64,000 nucleotides of DNA from Longimicrobiales bacterium (GCA_965218295.1 CBDCKN010000001.1:34321-98320), one strand, 5' to 3'; positions 10,688 to 21,014 are shown, numbered from the stretch's first letter. Notes: generated from the sequence alone by a model not told the origin. Numbers and translations: made by a program.

Positions 10688-10921
10688 ATGTCATCCTTTC
10701 GTTCCAGGCTCCTCGCGCTTCCTCTGGTCTTCCTGTCGTGCACGTCGGGTGACCGCCCCGTGCCCGGCATCGGTGAGCTCGAAGTGCTGGACCTGCCCCC
10801 CGGAGAGGGCAGCATGTGGCCGGGGCTGTCCACCTACGGGGACAGGGTCGTCTTGAGCTGGCAAGAGTCTGACGAAAACGACGCCTGGTTCGTTAAAACG
10901 GCAATCGAGGCTTTACAATGA
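10688..10921 (+). pseudogene. Short lipoprotein ORF, probably a truncated beta-propeller (BNR/sialidase-like) gene
   Basis: Lipobox-like FLSC, VVLSWQE motif, only 77 aa; ATGA-coupled to tlpA. Confidence 0.35.
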
Positions 10922-11436
10922 GCGTACTGTATCGAAGTGCCCGGCTGGCCCTCCTCCTGGTCGTCACGGCGTGTATCGGTGCTGGTGCGGACCTTAGTCC
11001 CCCCCGGGCAGGCGACCAGGCTCCGGACTTCGAGGCCATAGCCCTGGAAGACGGCCAGACGGTGTCGTTGGCCGATTTCCGTGGCAGTCCGGTCCTGGTG
11101 AATCTGTGGGCCACCTGGTGTGGGCCCTGCCGCTTCGAGATACCTTACCTGGAGTCGGTCTACCAGGAGTATCAGGAGCGAGGGCTCAAGATCGTCGGAG
11201 TCTCGGTGGACTCCCGGGCTTCTCTGGACGCCGTGGAGCAGTTCCTGGCCGACAAGGGCGTCACCTACGACATCCTTCTCGATCCGGACATGGTCTCCAC
11301 CGACGTCTTCGCCGCCATCGGGCTGCCGGCCTCATTCCTCATCGACGCAGAGGGGATGATCCTGTTCGATCGGCTCGGCCCGATCATCGAGGACGACCCC
11401 GAGTTCCTTGCCGCCCTGGAGGACGCGCTTCGCTAG
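10918..11436 (+). CDS. TlpA/ResA-family thiol-disulfide oxidoreductase
   Basis: APDF, NLWATWCGPC, GLPASFLID. Confidence 0.9.
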   Translation: MSVLYRSARLALLLVVTACIGAGADLSPPRAGDQAPDFEAIALEDGQTVSLADFRGSPVLVNLWATWCGPCRFEIPYLESVYQEYQERGLKIVGVSVDSRASLDAVEQFLADKGVTYDILLDPDMVSTDVFAAIGLPASFLIDAEGMILFDRLGPIIEDDPEFLAALEDALR

Positions 11437-11498
11437 TGTTCCGTTGCGGATGCACCGTGCCCTCGACTGGCCGAGACACTTTGGCAACGGGACACTAG
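11433..11498. mobile_element. IS630-type MITE (short form), CTAG-flanked
   Basis: ctagtgttccgttgc...gcaacgggacactag IR; left CTAG is the tlpA stop. Confidence 0.72.
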
Positions 11499-11516
11499 GG
11501 GTTCCGGGCGACGCCT

Positions 11517-12653
11517 ATGTCCGTTCATATCTCGTTGGCAGCCGTCGAGACCCCGGCCGGGGTCGCCGATCTCGCCAAGGTCAGGGCCAATCTGGAGCGG
11601 GTAATAACCTACTGCCGTGAGCACGGCATTTCGTGGCGTCCCCACATCAAGACGCACAAGTGCACCCGTCTGGCCCGTCTCCAAATCGAGGCCGGAGCAC
11701 AGGGCCTGTCGGTGGGCACGCCCCGGGAGGCGGAGGTCATGTCCACGGTGTGTGACGACCTTCTTCTGGCTTATCCCGTCATAGGCGACTCGAAGCTGGA
11801 TCGGGTCATGGCCATACACAAGCGCGTCCGGCTCACGGTGGGGCTCGACTCGGAGGCGGCCCTGAGGGCGGTGGCCGCTGCGGCTCAGCGGGCGGGAAGA
11901 TTCGTCAGGATTCTGGTCGAAGTCGACCTGGGCATGAGCCGTGTGGGCCTCGAGACCAAGGAAGAGGTCGTCCGTCTGGCAGGCCGGATTCGGGACTTCG
12001 AGGGGGTCGAGTATGCGGGGCTCATGTTCTACCCGGGCCACATCCGTGGACCCCAGGAAGGGCAGGACGCCGAGCTCGAGGTCCTGGCTTCCGACCTCCG
12101 GGAGCTCTATGAGGCTCTGGAAGCGGAGGGGTTGTCTCCGGAGGTGGTGAGCGGTGGCTCCACCCCAACGCTGTGGCGCAGCCACGAGCTTCCGGGTCTC
12201 ACCGAGATCCGGAGCGGGACGGCCATCTTCTTCGATCGAGAGGGCCTCACCATCGGTGTCGCCGATTCCGAGGACATGGCCTACACGATTCTGGCCACGG
12301 TGGTGAGCACGTCGGTAGGGGGCCAGGCCGTCATCGACGCGGGCTCCAAGGCCCTGTCGAAGGAGGCCAGGGGAGGAGACGAGGGCTTCGGTGTCCTCCT
12401 GGACCACCCCGAAGTGGTCCTCAAGGCAGTCTCGGAGGAGCACGGCGTCCTCGACATCAACAGGAGCGACTGGCGTCCCGAGGTGGGAGAGCTGGTTCGA
12501 GTGCTCCCCAACCACGTGTGCGTGTCCGTCAATCTCCAGGACGAGCTACTGGTCCTGGTCGACGGAGCGCTGGAGCGCTGGCCCCTCGAAGCCCGGGGAC
12601 GGCAGCCGTTCAGCGTCGCGGGCAAACCGATGGCGGCGGAGCAGGCGACTTGA
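11517..12653 (+). CDS. Fold-type III PLP enzyme (D-threonine aldolase / D-serine dehydratase DSD1 family)
   Basis: RPHIKTHK (PLP lysine), SGGSTPT, DAGSKALS, SEEHG, PNHVC. Confidence 0.88.
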   Translation: MSVHISLAAVETPAGVADLAKVRANLERVITYCREHGISWRPHIKTHKCTRLARLQIEAGAQGLSVGTPREAEVMSTVCDDLLLAYPVIGDSKLDRVMAIHKRVRLTVGLDSEAALRAVAAAAQRAGRFVRILVEVDLGMSRVGLETKEEVVRLAGRIRDFEGVEYAGLMFYPGHIRGPQEGQDAELEVLASDLRELYEALEAEGLSPEVVSGGSTPTLWRSHELPGLTEIRSGTAIFFDREGLTIGVADSEDMAYTILATVVSTSVGGQAVIDAGSKALSKEARGGDEGFGVLLDHPEVVLKAVSEEHGVLDINRSDWRPEVGELVRVLPNHVCVSVNLQDELLVLVDGALERWPLEARGRQPFSVAGKPMAAEQAT

Positions 12654-13642
12654 ACCGACTCGGTGTTGACCGCATAGCCGAGCTCCTGGAGATGGCCCGG
12701 GACGTCCGGGTCCTGGTGGTAGGCGACGTGATGCTGGATCGGTACATCTCCGGTCGGGTGGCGCGCATCTCGCCCGAGGCCCCGGTCCCGGTGGTGCACG
12801 TCGAGGAAGACTCGTCGGCTGTGGGAGGCGCAGCCAACGTCGCCGCGAACCTGGTGGCGCTGGGGGCCGGGTGCGCCGTAGTGGGCTGTGTGGGCGACGA
12901 CGAGGCGGGCCGGGAGCTCAGAGGCGAGCTGGAGGAGCTGGGTGTCGACCTCGATGGGCTCGTGGCGGCCCCGCACCGTCCCACCACCGTGAAGACCCGG
13001 GTCATGGCCCGCCATCAGCAGGTCGTCCGGGTGGACCGTGAGCAGGTCGGCGACATCGATGAGGAGACCGCGGACAGGCTGGCCCACGCGGCCCGCACCC
13101 TGTCGAGCGCATGCTCGGCCGTCGCGATGCAGGACTACAACAAGGGCGTCCTGGTGCCTTCGCTGGTGACGGCGGTCGTGACCGCCGCCGCGGAGTCGAA
13201 CATCCCATCCGTCGTGGACCCGAAGCGCCAGCGCTTCTTCGAGTATCCGGGCGTCACGATATTCAAGCCTAACGCCAAGGAGCTGGAGGACGCCCTGGGC
13301 GAGCCTCTGCGGCCTGACGACGGGACCTGGATGGAGGCGGTTCGGGAGCGCCTGGCGTGCCACCATCTTCTGCTCACTTTGGGCGAGCAGGGAATGGCGC
13401 TTCACTCGGAGGGAGCCGAGACAGTACTCCTGCCGACCTCGGCGCGCTCGGTGTACGACGTTTCCGGGGCCGGGGACACGGTTACGGCGGTTCTCGCTGT
13501 GTGTCTGGCAGCAGGCGGGACGGCGCTGGAATCCGCCATCTTGGCCAACCACGCGGCGGCCCTCGAGGTGGCGAAGGCGGGTGTGGCGACGGTGACCCCG
13601 TCCGAGATCCTCGCTCACGCCGAGGAGATCCTCGCCGAGTAA
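12650..13642 (+). CDS. hldA: D-glycero-beta-D-manno-heptose-7-phosphate kinase (stand-alone RfaE domain I)
   Basis: VGDVMLDRY..RISPEAPVPV, GGAANVA, DVSGAGDTV; TTG start overlapping upstream TGA. Confidence 0.9.
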   Translation: MNRLGVDRIAELLEMARDVRVLVVGDVMLDRYISGRVARISPEAPVPVVHVEEDSSAVGGAANVAANLVALGAGCAVVGCVGDDEAGRELRGELEELGVDLDGLVAAPHRPTTVKTRVMARHQQVVRVDREQVGDIDEETADRLAHAARTLSSACSAVAMQDYNKGVLVPSLVTAVVTAAAESNIPSVVDPKRQRFFEYPGVTIFKPNAKELEDALGEPLRPDDGTWMEAVRERLACHHLLLTLGEQGMALHSEGAETVLLPTSARSVYDVSGAGDTVTAVLAVCLAAGGTALESAILANHAAALEVAKAGVATVTPSEILAHAEEILAE

Positions 13643-13692
13643 ACGAAACGGTCTAAATATATCCACGACAACTCGTTAGGGAGTGTTATCGG

Positions 13693-14079
13693 ATGAATGA
13701 CTTGAAGATGATCCACACCCCCGACGCCCCCGAGGCCATAGGCCCGTACTCACAGGCGGTGGTCGTCGACGAGTGGGTGTTCGCTTCGGGACAGATTCCC
13801 ATCGACCCCGCGACGGGCGAGTTGATCGACGGAGACGTGGCCGCCCAGACCCACCGGGTCTTGAGCAACCTCGCGGCGGTGCTCCGCGAGGCGGACAGCT
13901 CCTTGAGCAACGTGGTGAAGACAACGGTCTACCTGGCCGACATGGGCACGTTCGCGGAGATGAACGCCGTGTACGCCGAGCACTTCGGTGATCACCGGCC
14001 GGCCCGGGCTACGGTACAGGCGGCGGGCCTCCCGAAGGCCGTGGATGTGGAGATCGACGTGATCGCCCGGACGGGCTGA
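13693..14079 (+). CDS. ridA: RidA-family reactive intermediate deaminase
   Basis: APEAIGPYSQA, SGQIP, PARATVQAAGLP, VEID. Confidence 0.92.
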   Translation: MNDLKMIHTPDAPEAIGPYSQAVVVDEWVFASGQIPIDPATGELIDGDVAAQTHRVLSNLAAVLREADSSLSNVVKTTVYLADMGTFAEMNAVYAEHFGDHRPARATVQAAGLPKAVDVEIDVIARTG

Positions 14080-14234
14080 GGCATGACCTGGGCGGGCTGC
14101 GGATCGAGTTTCTGGACGGCTCGGGAGAGACCATCCAGTCCTTCGAGGGAGTCGCCGAGGGCAGGATCTTCTGGGCCGCCGGCAACAACGGACCGATGGC
14201 CGTGCCTGGTGTATGAGAAGATGGACATGAGCCG

Positions 14235-14588
14235 ATGGACATGAGAAGACTGCTTCCCGGTGTGCGAATGGCCGCCCTGATCCTCCTGGTGTGGATCACG
14301 GGGTGCTCAGGGGTCGGGGGTCGTGACCCGTTCACGGGCACGACCAAAGCCATGATCTTCATCGAGGTCGACAACCGGAACTTCAACCAGGCCACGATCT
14401 GGATGCTGTCCGGCTCCGGCCAGCGGCGCCTGGGCGTGGTGAACGGCATGGTGAATAAGACCTTCGAGGTTGAATGGGACCGATCGGACGACCTCAGGCT
14501 GAGGGTGCGCGTGTTGGGCGGGCGGGGCTTCACTACGGGCCGGCAGCTGGTCATTCCGGGGGACCACATCCAGCTTTATATCACATGA
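14235..14588 (+). CDS. Small hypothetical lipoprotein
   Basis: Lipobox ITGC, beta-rich mature part. Confidence 0.55.
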   Translation: MDMRRLLPGVRMAALILLVWITGCSGVGGRDPFTGTTKAMIFIEVDNRNFNQATIWMLSGSGQRRLGVVNGMVNKTFEVEWDRSDDLRLRVRVLGGRGFTTGRQLVIPGDHIQLYIT

Positions 14589-14691
14589 GCCACCATCACG
14601 CTGTTCGTGGAGAGCCGCACCCAGGCCGATCCTGGCGACCCTGAGGCAGTCGGAGCTTCGCAACCGCAGGTAAGGCGTACTTTCGCCCGGG

Positions 14692-17127
14692 CTACTCCCC
14701 GTAGGGGACCCAGATGTTCTTGATCTGTGTGGCCTGCCTCAGGAACTCTTCGCCCTCGCCGTGCTCGGCGCTCCACCAGTCCCGGTGCCTTCCGTAGCTG
14801 ACCCACGTCCGCTTCATGTTGCCTGTGGACAGCCGCTCGACCTCCTCGCTGCCTGAGGCGTCACCCATGAACCACATGCCGTCCACGTCGTCGTGGGCGG
14901 CCAGGACCGGGGCCAGCTCCTGCCGGAGCCCGGTCACGATGTTCAGGGCGCCCCCAGGCACATCCGACGTCTCGAGAACCTGATAGAGGTGCGTTGCCAG
15001 GAGGGGCCAGCGCTCGGAGGGGACGGCGACGACGGCGTTCCCCATGGCCAGCAGGGGAGCCACCAGCGAGACGAAGGCCAGGAGGGGTGCCTCATCGGGA
15101 CAAACGACGGCCACCACGCCGATGGGCTCGGGCATGGCCAGCGTGACGTTCCGGAACGGCGTGTGGTGCACCAGGCCGTCGTACTTGTCCGCCCACGCGG
15201 CGTAGGTGAAGAGCCGCCGGAGCGTGAGGCCCACCTCGGCTTCGGCGACCTTCTTACGGATTCCCGTCATCCGCTGGAGGCGGTCGCGGAACTCGTCCTG
15301 GCGAATCGAGAGATTCTCCGCCAGGTAATAGAGGACTTGGGCCCGGTTGTGCGAGGTCTTGGGCGTCCACAGCCCGGCTCCCTGGTGGGCCGCCTCGACC
15401 GCGTTGCGGATGTCCTTTCGATTTCCCCGGGGCACTTCGCCGATGATGGTTCCGTCCTTCCCACGGACCAGCAAGCTGTAGTCCCCGTCGGCTCGGACCT
15501 GCTTGCCGCCCACGTACAGCTTGGTGGTCCGATCAATGGCCGGGGTCTTCCCACGGTCACCCCCGGCCGAGGCCGAGGGTCCCGCCTCCGCGGGATCCAA
15601 TAGTCCCGACTGGTCGGAGGTCCTGGGACCATACGGCCGGTCCCGCGCGGCATCCTTCTCGCCGACCGGCGTCACGTACTCCCAGAGCCCCTCCTTGCCG
15701 CCCTCTCTCCCGTATCCGCTCTCCCGGTATCCACCGAAGCCCGAGGCGGCGTCGAACAGGTTGGTACAGTTCACCCAGATCGTCCCGGCCTTGAGCTTGG
15801 GGGCGATGTCGAGGGCGAGGTTCACGCTCTCCGTCCAGATGCTGGCCGCCAACCCATAGCGCGTGTCGTTGGCCAACTCCACCGACTCCTCGGGCGTGCG
15901 GAAGCTCATCATGACGACCACGGGCCCGAAGATCTCGACGCGCGCGATCGTGGAAGAAGGGCTGACGTCGGTGCAGAGGGTAGGCGGATAGAACCATCCC
16001 TCTCTGGGGGTTGCCCAAGACGGCTGCCAGATCCGAGCGCCCTCCGCCTTCCCCTGCTCGACGAGGGCCCGGATCTTCTCCAGTTGGACGGGAGCGACGA
16101 TGGCACCCAGGTCCACGGACTTGTCCAGCGGATCCCCCATGCGAAGGGTCTCCATGCGGGCCCGGAGCTTGCGCTCGAGTGTCTCTGCGATGCCTTCCTG
16201 GACCAGGATGCGGGAGCCGGCGCAGCACACCTCGCCCTGGTTGAACCAGATGGCGTCCACCACGCCCTCGACGACGCTGTCGAGGTCGGCGTCCTCGTAA
16301 ACGAGGAAGGGCGACTTGCCACCGAGCTCGAGCGATATCTTTTTGCCGCTCCCCGCCGTCGCAGCGCGGATGATCCGACCCACTTCGGTGGATCCCGTAA
16401 AGGCGATCTTGTGCACGTCCGGATGCTTCACCAGGGCCGCTCCGGTCTCGCCGTCGCCCGTCACGACGTTGACCACCCCCGGTGGGAGGCCCACATCCTG
16501 GCAGAGCTCGGCGAAGAGAAGGGCCGTCAGAGACGTGAACTCGGCCGGCTTCAGGACCAGCGTGTTTCCCATGGCCAGAGCCGGGGCGATCTTCCATGAA
16601 AGCATGAGCAGGGGGAAGTTCCACGGAATGATCTGGCCCACCACGCCCACGGGGCCGTAGCCAGGTAGGGCCTCGTCCCGAAGCTGGGCCCATCCAGCAT
16701 GGTGGTAGAAGTGGCGGGCCACCAGTGGAATATCCAGGTCCCGCGACTCCCGGATGGGCTTCCCGTTGTCCATGCTCTCCAGGACGGCGAAGAGGCGGGC
16801 CCGCTTCTGGATGCCGCGGCCCAGGGCGTAGAGGTAACGCGCCCTGGCGTGCCCATCCAGGTTGCTCCACGAGTGAAACGCCTTCGCGGCGGCCTGCACG
16901 GCGCCATCGACGTCCTGGCTGCTTCCCTGGCTGATGGTCGCGAGGCGCGTACCGGTGGCCGGGCTCAACGTCTCGAATCGCTCCTCGTTGGCCCCAGCGA
17001 CCCAAGCCCCGTCGATGAAGTGATCGAAGGAGCGCCCGTATCCATCGAGCCACTCCTCCACGAGCTCCACGCTCTCCGGCGCGGGGCCGTACTCCATGGT
17101 ATCGAAGATGTCCGCGATCTTGCTCAT
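14692..17127 (-). CDS. Double-length aldehyde dehydrogenase (ALDH16-like, ~800 aa)
   Basis: PWNFP, FTGSTEVG, LELGGKSP, NQGEVCCAGS, EIFGPV, followed by a second degenerate ALDH module. Confidence 0.9.
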   Translation of the reverse strand: MSKIADIFDTMEYGPAPESVELVEEWLDGYGRSFDHFIDGAWVAGANEERFETLSPATGTRLATISQGSSQDVDGAVQAAAKAFHSWSNLDGHARARYLYALGRGIQKRARLFAVLESMDNGKPIRESRDLDIPLVARHFYHHAGWAQLRDEALPGYGPVGVVGQIIPWNFPLLMLSWKIAPALAMGNTLVLKPAEFTSLTALLFAELCQDVGLPPGVVNVVTGDGETGAALVKHPDVHKIAFTGSTEVGRIIRAATAGSGKKISLELGGKSPFLVYEDADLDSVVEGVVDAIWFNQGEVCCAGSRILVQEGIAETLERKLRARMETLRMGDPLDKSVDLGAIVAPVQLEKIRALVEQGKAEGARIWQPSWATPREGWFYPPTLCTDVSPSSTIARVEIFGPVVVMMSFRTPEESVELANDTRYGLAASIWTESVNLALDIAPKLKAGTIWVNCTNLFDAASGFGGYRESGYGREGGKEGLWEYVTPVGEKDAARDRPYGPRTSDQSGLLDPAEAGPSASAGGDRGKTPAIDRTTKLYVGGKQVRADGDYSLLVRGKDGTIIGEVPRGNRKDIRNAVEAAHQGAGLWTPKTSHNRAQVLYYLAENLSIRQDEFRDRLQRMTGIRKKVAEAEVGLTLRRLFTYAAWADKYDGLVHHTPFRNVTLAMPEPIGVVAVVCPDEAPLLAFVSLVAPLLAMGNAVVAVPSERWPLLATHLYQVLETSDVPGGALNIVTGLRQELAPVLAAHDDVDGMWFMGDASGSEEVERLSTGNMKRTWVSYGRHRDWWSAEHGEGEEFLRQATQIKNIWVPYGE

Positions 17128-17267
17128 CTATGCGTGGTCCGTTGAAATGGGCCCAGGGCGGTGTCGCTCCGCGTCGCCCCGCCTGCGAAGTACCGTCCGG
17201 TACTCCTCGGCGGGGCTCCTTGAGCTCCTACCCCTGCATCCCATTTGAACGGCCCCATACATCACGA

Positions 17268-18278
17268 TCACGCTAGAGGATGCCGGTGCGCCGCCGAGTA
17301 CCGTCCGGTCAGATGATGCTCGAGCTGACGCTCGATGTCGCCCAGGAGCGAGCTGACGCCGAAGCGGAAGAGGTCCGGCTCCACCCAGGCGTTGCCCAGC
17401 TCCTCCTTCATGAGGATCAGCCAGATGAGGGCCTCTTTTGCCTTCCGGATCCCACCGGCGGGCTTGAAGCCGACCTGATAACCGGTCCGTTCGCCGTACT
17501 CTCGGATGGAGCGCGCCATGGTGAGTCCCACGGGGAGCGTGGCGTTGGTTGACTCCTTGCCGGTGGAGGTCTTCACGAAGTCGGCACCTGCCATCATGCA
17601 CACCAGGCTGGCCCTGTAGACATTCCGCAGCGTGCCCAGCTCTCCCGTCGCCAGGATCGTCTTCAGGTGTGCCGGCCCGCACGCTTCCCGGAAGGTCCTC
17701 ACCTCGTCGTAGAGGGCCTTCCAGTCGCCCGCGAGAACGTGGGTCCGCGTGATAACGATGTCGATCTCGTCCGCACCCGCGGCCACCGAAGCGCCGATCT
17801 CGGCGACCCGCTGGGAGAACGGGCTCAGCCCGGCCGGGAAGCCGGTGGAGACCGCAGCGACGGGGATGCCGGATCCCTGCAAGGCCTGGACGGCTGTCTT
17901 GACCATGGTGTGGTAGACACAGACTGCGCCGGTGGTAAGACCGAGAGATCCGACACCGAGGCCCTCGAGAATATCCTGTCGGACCGGCTGGCGAGCTTTC
18001 GCGCACAACCTGCGCACGCGTCCGGGAGTGTCGTCTCCGGCGAGCGTCGTGAGATCTATGCACGAGACCGCCTTGAGGAGCCAAGCCGCCTGCCACTCCT
18101 TCTTTACGCTGCGGCGGGTGCCCAGGGTGGCGGCTCGTCGCTCCACTGCGCTCCGGTTGACGCGGACCTCCCGAACCCACTCTGGCTCGAACATTGTGCC
18201 GAGGTTCCGGGCGCCCCGAATGGAGGCCGGCTCGGTCGTGGCGGGCGTGGCCTGTTCTCTGGAGCGTGTGGAGACCAT
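17268..18278 (-). CDS. deoC: Deoxyribose-phosphate aldolase
   Basis: IDLTTL, GFPAG, DEIDIVI, ADFVKTSTGK, GFKPAGGIR; start ATG 18278 inferred. Confidence 0.93.
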   Translation of the reverse strand: MVSTRSREQATPATTEPASIRGARNLGTMFEPEWVREVRVNRSAVERRAATLGTRRSVKKEWQAAWLLKAVSCIDLTTLAGDDTPGRVRRLCAKARQPVRQDILEGLGVGSLGLTTGAVCVYHTMVKTAVQALQGSGIPVAAVSTGFPAGLSPFSQRVAEIGASVAAGADEIDIVITRTHVLAGDWKALYDEVRTFREACGPAHLKTILATGELGTLRNVYRASLVCMMAGADFVKTSTGKESTNATLPVGLTMARSIREYGERTGYQVGFKPAGGIRKAKEALIWLILMKEELGNAWVEPDLFRFGVSSLLGDIERQLEHHLTGRYSAAHRHPLA

Positions 18279-18338
18279 AGGGACCCGTTGTGGTTCATGC
18301 GGAGGCGTGCAACATAGCCGAGGTGTGGGGCGGGGTAC

Positions 18339-18430
18339 AGTATGTCTCTCCATGCTGCAGCACGGCCTCGTACGTATACTCACGATATAGAGATACGTAC
18401 ACATCTCCGAGAGGAGCTCGGCGAGCTTCC
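18339..18430 (+). repeat. Dispersed palindromic repeat, copy B
   Basis: Contains GTACGTAT-N15-ATACGTAC; matches copies at 7077 and 20885. Confidence 0.85.
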
Positions 18431-18623
18431 TATCGGCCGACCACGACTACCGGCTGGCTGCATAGCTCCGTTTTCCCCGCAGAATTTCCGCGGATGAGGT
18501 TTTCGCGGAGCACGGCCGTGGCCCGGGCACGTCAGGCTTGGCAGCGACTGGCCTGGGATGCCAGCGCCTGATACACTGTACGGCTTCATGGATTGTCCAT
18601 TGTAACCAGGGGATCAAAGCACT

Positions 18624-20036
18624 ATGACAGCGGAAGACTTCTTCAAGTACGCCGAGGAAAATGAGGCCAAGATGGCGGACCTCAAGTTCACCGATCTGCT
18701 CGGCTCTTGGCAGCACTGCAGCTTCCCCATCGAGACATGGGACGAGGACACCTTCGAGGACGGCGTCGGGTTCGATGGATCCTCGATCCGAGGCTGGCAG
18801 GCGATCGACGTCTCGGACATGCTCGCTCGACCGGATCCTGCCACCGCGAGGCTCGACCCCTTCTTTGAGAGACCCACAGTCAGCGTGATCGCGGATATCG
18901 TGGATCCTGAGACCCGCGAGGACTACACGCGCGACCCGCGGCATGTGGCACGGAAGGCCGAAGAGCACATGAAGAAGAGCGGAATTGCCGACGTGTGTCA
19001 CGTAGGGCCAGAGCCCGAGTTTTTCATCTTCGACCACGTCGCCTACGAGCAGAACCAGCAGCACGGGTTCTATGAGATCGACTCGGTCGAGGGATCGTGG
19101 AACACGGGCCGCATTGAGGAGCCGAATCTGGGTTATAAGCCGAGCTACAAGGGCGGGTACTTCCCGGTCAGCCCCACGGACACCTACCATGACCTCCGCA
19201 GCGAGATGGTCTACCAGATGTCGAAGGTCGGGATCGTCGTGGAGGCCCATCACCATGAGGTGGGTACCGGCGGCCAGGCCGAGATCGACATGCAGTACGC
19301 TCCTTTGGTCCAGATGTCGGATCAGTTCATGTGGTACAAGTACATCACCAAGAACGTGGCCAAAAACGCCGGGAAGACCGTCACGTTCATGCCGAAGCCG
19401 ATCTTCGACGACAACGGGAGCGGGATGCACACGCACATGTCCCTCTGGAAGGGGGGACAACCGCTCTTCGCCGGCGACGGCTATGCGGGCCTCAGCGACA
19501 CCGGTCTCCACGCAATCGGAGGGATCCTGAAACATGCCCGCGCGATCATGGCGTTCGCCGCCCCCACTGAGAACTCCTACCGCCGGCTCGTCCCAGGCTT
19601 CGAGGCGCCAGTGAATCTGGCGATGTCGAAGCGGAACCGTTCCGCCGGCGTCAGGATCCCGATGTATTCGCCCAATCCCAAGGCCAGGCGGCTCGAGTTC
19701 CGGTGCCCGGACCCCAGCTGCAACGGATACCTCTTGTTTTCGGCCATGCTCATGGCCGTTTTAGACGGGATCGAGAACCAGATCGACCCGGGAGACCCGC
19801 TGGACCGCGACACATACGAGATGACCCCGGAAGAGCTGGCACTCACCGAGAAGACGCCGGAGTCCCTCGAGCAGGCCCTCGGAGAGCTGGAGGCCGACCA
19901 CGGGTTCCTTGTAAAGGGTGACGTCTTTACGGACGACCTTATCCAGACGTGGATCGATTACAAGATGGAAAACGAAGTGCGGGAACTCCGCCTCCGTCCG
20001 CATCCCCACGAGTTCTTCCTGTATTACGACAACTGA
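18624..20036 (+). CDS. glnA: Glutamine synthetase type I
   Basis: [54 protein letters not shown]. Confidence 0.97.
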   Translation: MTAEDFFKYAEENEAKMADLKFTDLLGSWQHCSFPIETWDEDTFEDGVGFDGSSIRGWQAIDVSDMLARPDPATARLDPFFERPTVSVIADIVDPETREDYTRDPRHVARKAEEHMKKSGIADVCHVGPEPEFFIFDHVAYEQNQQHGFYEIDSVEGSWNTGRIEEPNLGYKPSYKGGYFPVSPTDTYHDLRSEMVYQMSKVGIVVEAHHHEVGTGGQAEIDMQYAPLVQMSDQFMWYKYITKNVAKNAGKTVTFMPKPIFDDNGSGMHTHMSLWKGGQPLFAGDGYAGLSDTGLHAIGGILKHARAIMAFAAPTENSYRRLVPGFEAPVNLAMSKRNRSAGVRIPMYSPNPKARRLEFRCPDPSCNGYLLFSAMLMAVLDGIENQIDPGDPLDRDTYEMTPEELALTEKTPESLEQALGELEADHGFLVKGDVFTDDLIQTWIDYKMENEVRELRLRPHPHEFFLYYDN

Positions 20037-20075
20037 GCAGAGGTGGGGTGGCCGAAAGGGCTGTCCCCTGCCGTT

Positions 20076-20118
20076 GGCCGCCCCCTCCGATCTACTCCGG
20101 GGAGGGCGGCCTTTCCTT
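20076..20118 (+). terminator. Probable terminator after glnA
   Basis: ggccgccc...gggcggcc stem followed by tttcctt. Confidence 0.5.
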
Positions 20119-20367
20119 CATTCTACGACTGGCTCCCGCCGAGTCTGTGCTCGGCGGTCTTCACCACGACTACTTTGGGTGGCCGCCCACGCTCCCGAAT
20201 GAGCTGGACGTGGAGTACGTGCGCATGTTGGGATTGGAACGGCCGGAGCGTTAGGAGCCGGATCGCGTTGCCCGAAGTTTGAAATGCCGACAAATTACGC
20301 GGAATGGGACGGTGTACGGAGGTCGGCGAGGATGCTGATACCCGGAATCCCTTGCGGTACAACGACT

Positions 20368-20464
20368 GGGGGCGGATGGGGTCTGGTGGCCCCACTGGTC
20401 TTCAAAACCAGCTCGCCCGGCTGAACCCCGGGCTGGTGGGTTCGATTCCCACACGCTCCCGCCA
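20368..20464 (+). tRNA. selC: tRNA-Sec (anticodon UCA)
   Basis: 97 nt; long D-stem ggggtc/ggcccc, anticodon arm ctggt-cTTCAaa-accag, long variable arm, gtggg-TTCGATT-cccac, 3' GCCA. Confidence 0.93.
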
Positions 20465-20495
20465 CATGTGAAGTCGGCTGAGCGGCAACGACTTA

Positions 20496-20534
20496 GGGGC
20501 TCCGGCGGTTCTCTTTGAACCAGGCCGGAGCCCC
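20496..20534 (+). terminator. Hairpin/terminator after selC
   Basis: ggggctccggc...gccggagcccc 11-bp stem. Confidence 0.55.
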
Positions 20535-20580
20535 GTGTTGCTACTGGGACTGTGCCGCGATGCCGGGATTGTGCCGTTAA

Positions 20581-20874
20581 TCAGCGTGCTGCGACAAGCT
20601 GGCCCGATGACCTTGCCGGCGGGAAGTCCTTCAGGATCTTCTCCACCGCGTCGCTGACATACATCCGAACCTTCTTAGGATCCGGATCAAGATGCAGCGA
20701 TTTCCTGGCCGATCCCCGGAAGACGACTTCGTCCGTTCGGACATCGATTATGTCCAGAACCAAGGTTCCGCGCAGGTATTCGCGCACGCGGCCCGTGCCC
20801 GCGTATCCGTATCCGGCGCCCGGATAGCCATCGAACGGCCTGAGGTGTCGGCCACCATAAAGCGAAAAGTTGCC
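20581..20874 (-). pseudogene. C-terminal remnant of a DUF4136-family lipoprotein
   Basis: GYGY...VREYLRGTLVLDIID..VVFRG..AVEKILKDFPP; the reading frame runs up into repeat copy C, where it meets a stop; no N-terminus. Confidence 0.65.
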
Positions 20875-20884
20875 TGAGGGGGAA

Positions 20885-20935
20885 CATGCTGCAGCACGGC
20901 CTCGTACGTATACTCACGATAGAAAGTTACGTACA
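20885..20935 (+). repeat. Dispersed palindromic repeat, copy C (shorter)
   Basis: catgctgcagcacggcctcgtacgtatactcacgata identical to copy B. Confidence 0.85.
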
Positions 20936-21014
20936 GCTTTCGTTTTGTTCCCTGGATCGGCGAGGGTAGATTTTCCGCTCGCGTGTTCGAACCCCTACCA
21001 GGCACGAGAAAAGG

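Noticed and set aside
14692..18278. deoC plus double-length ALDH as a novel system
   Set aside because: This is a familiar pairing for deoxyribose catabolism (acetaldehyde disposal).
7007..18571. Similar peptides STASYVYSR..DTYTS in ORFs 7007-7249 and 18290-18571 as a small-protein family
   Set aside because: Similarity is confined to the DNA repeat, the starts and stops are not shared, and copy C breaks the frame.
20120..20254. Fragment reading VLGGLHHDY.. resembling an integrase-core C-terminus
   Set aside because: Too short, with no start and no further motifs; it cannot be supported.
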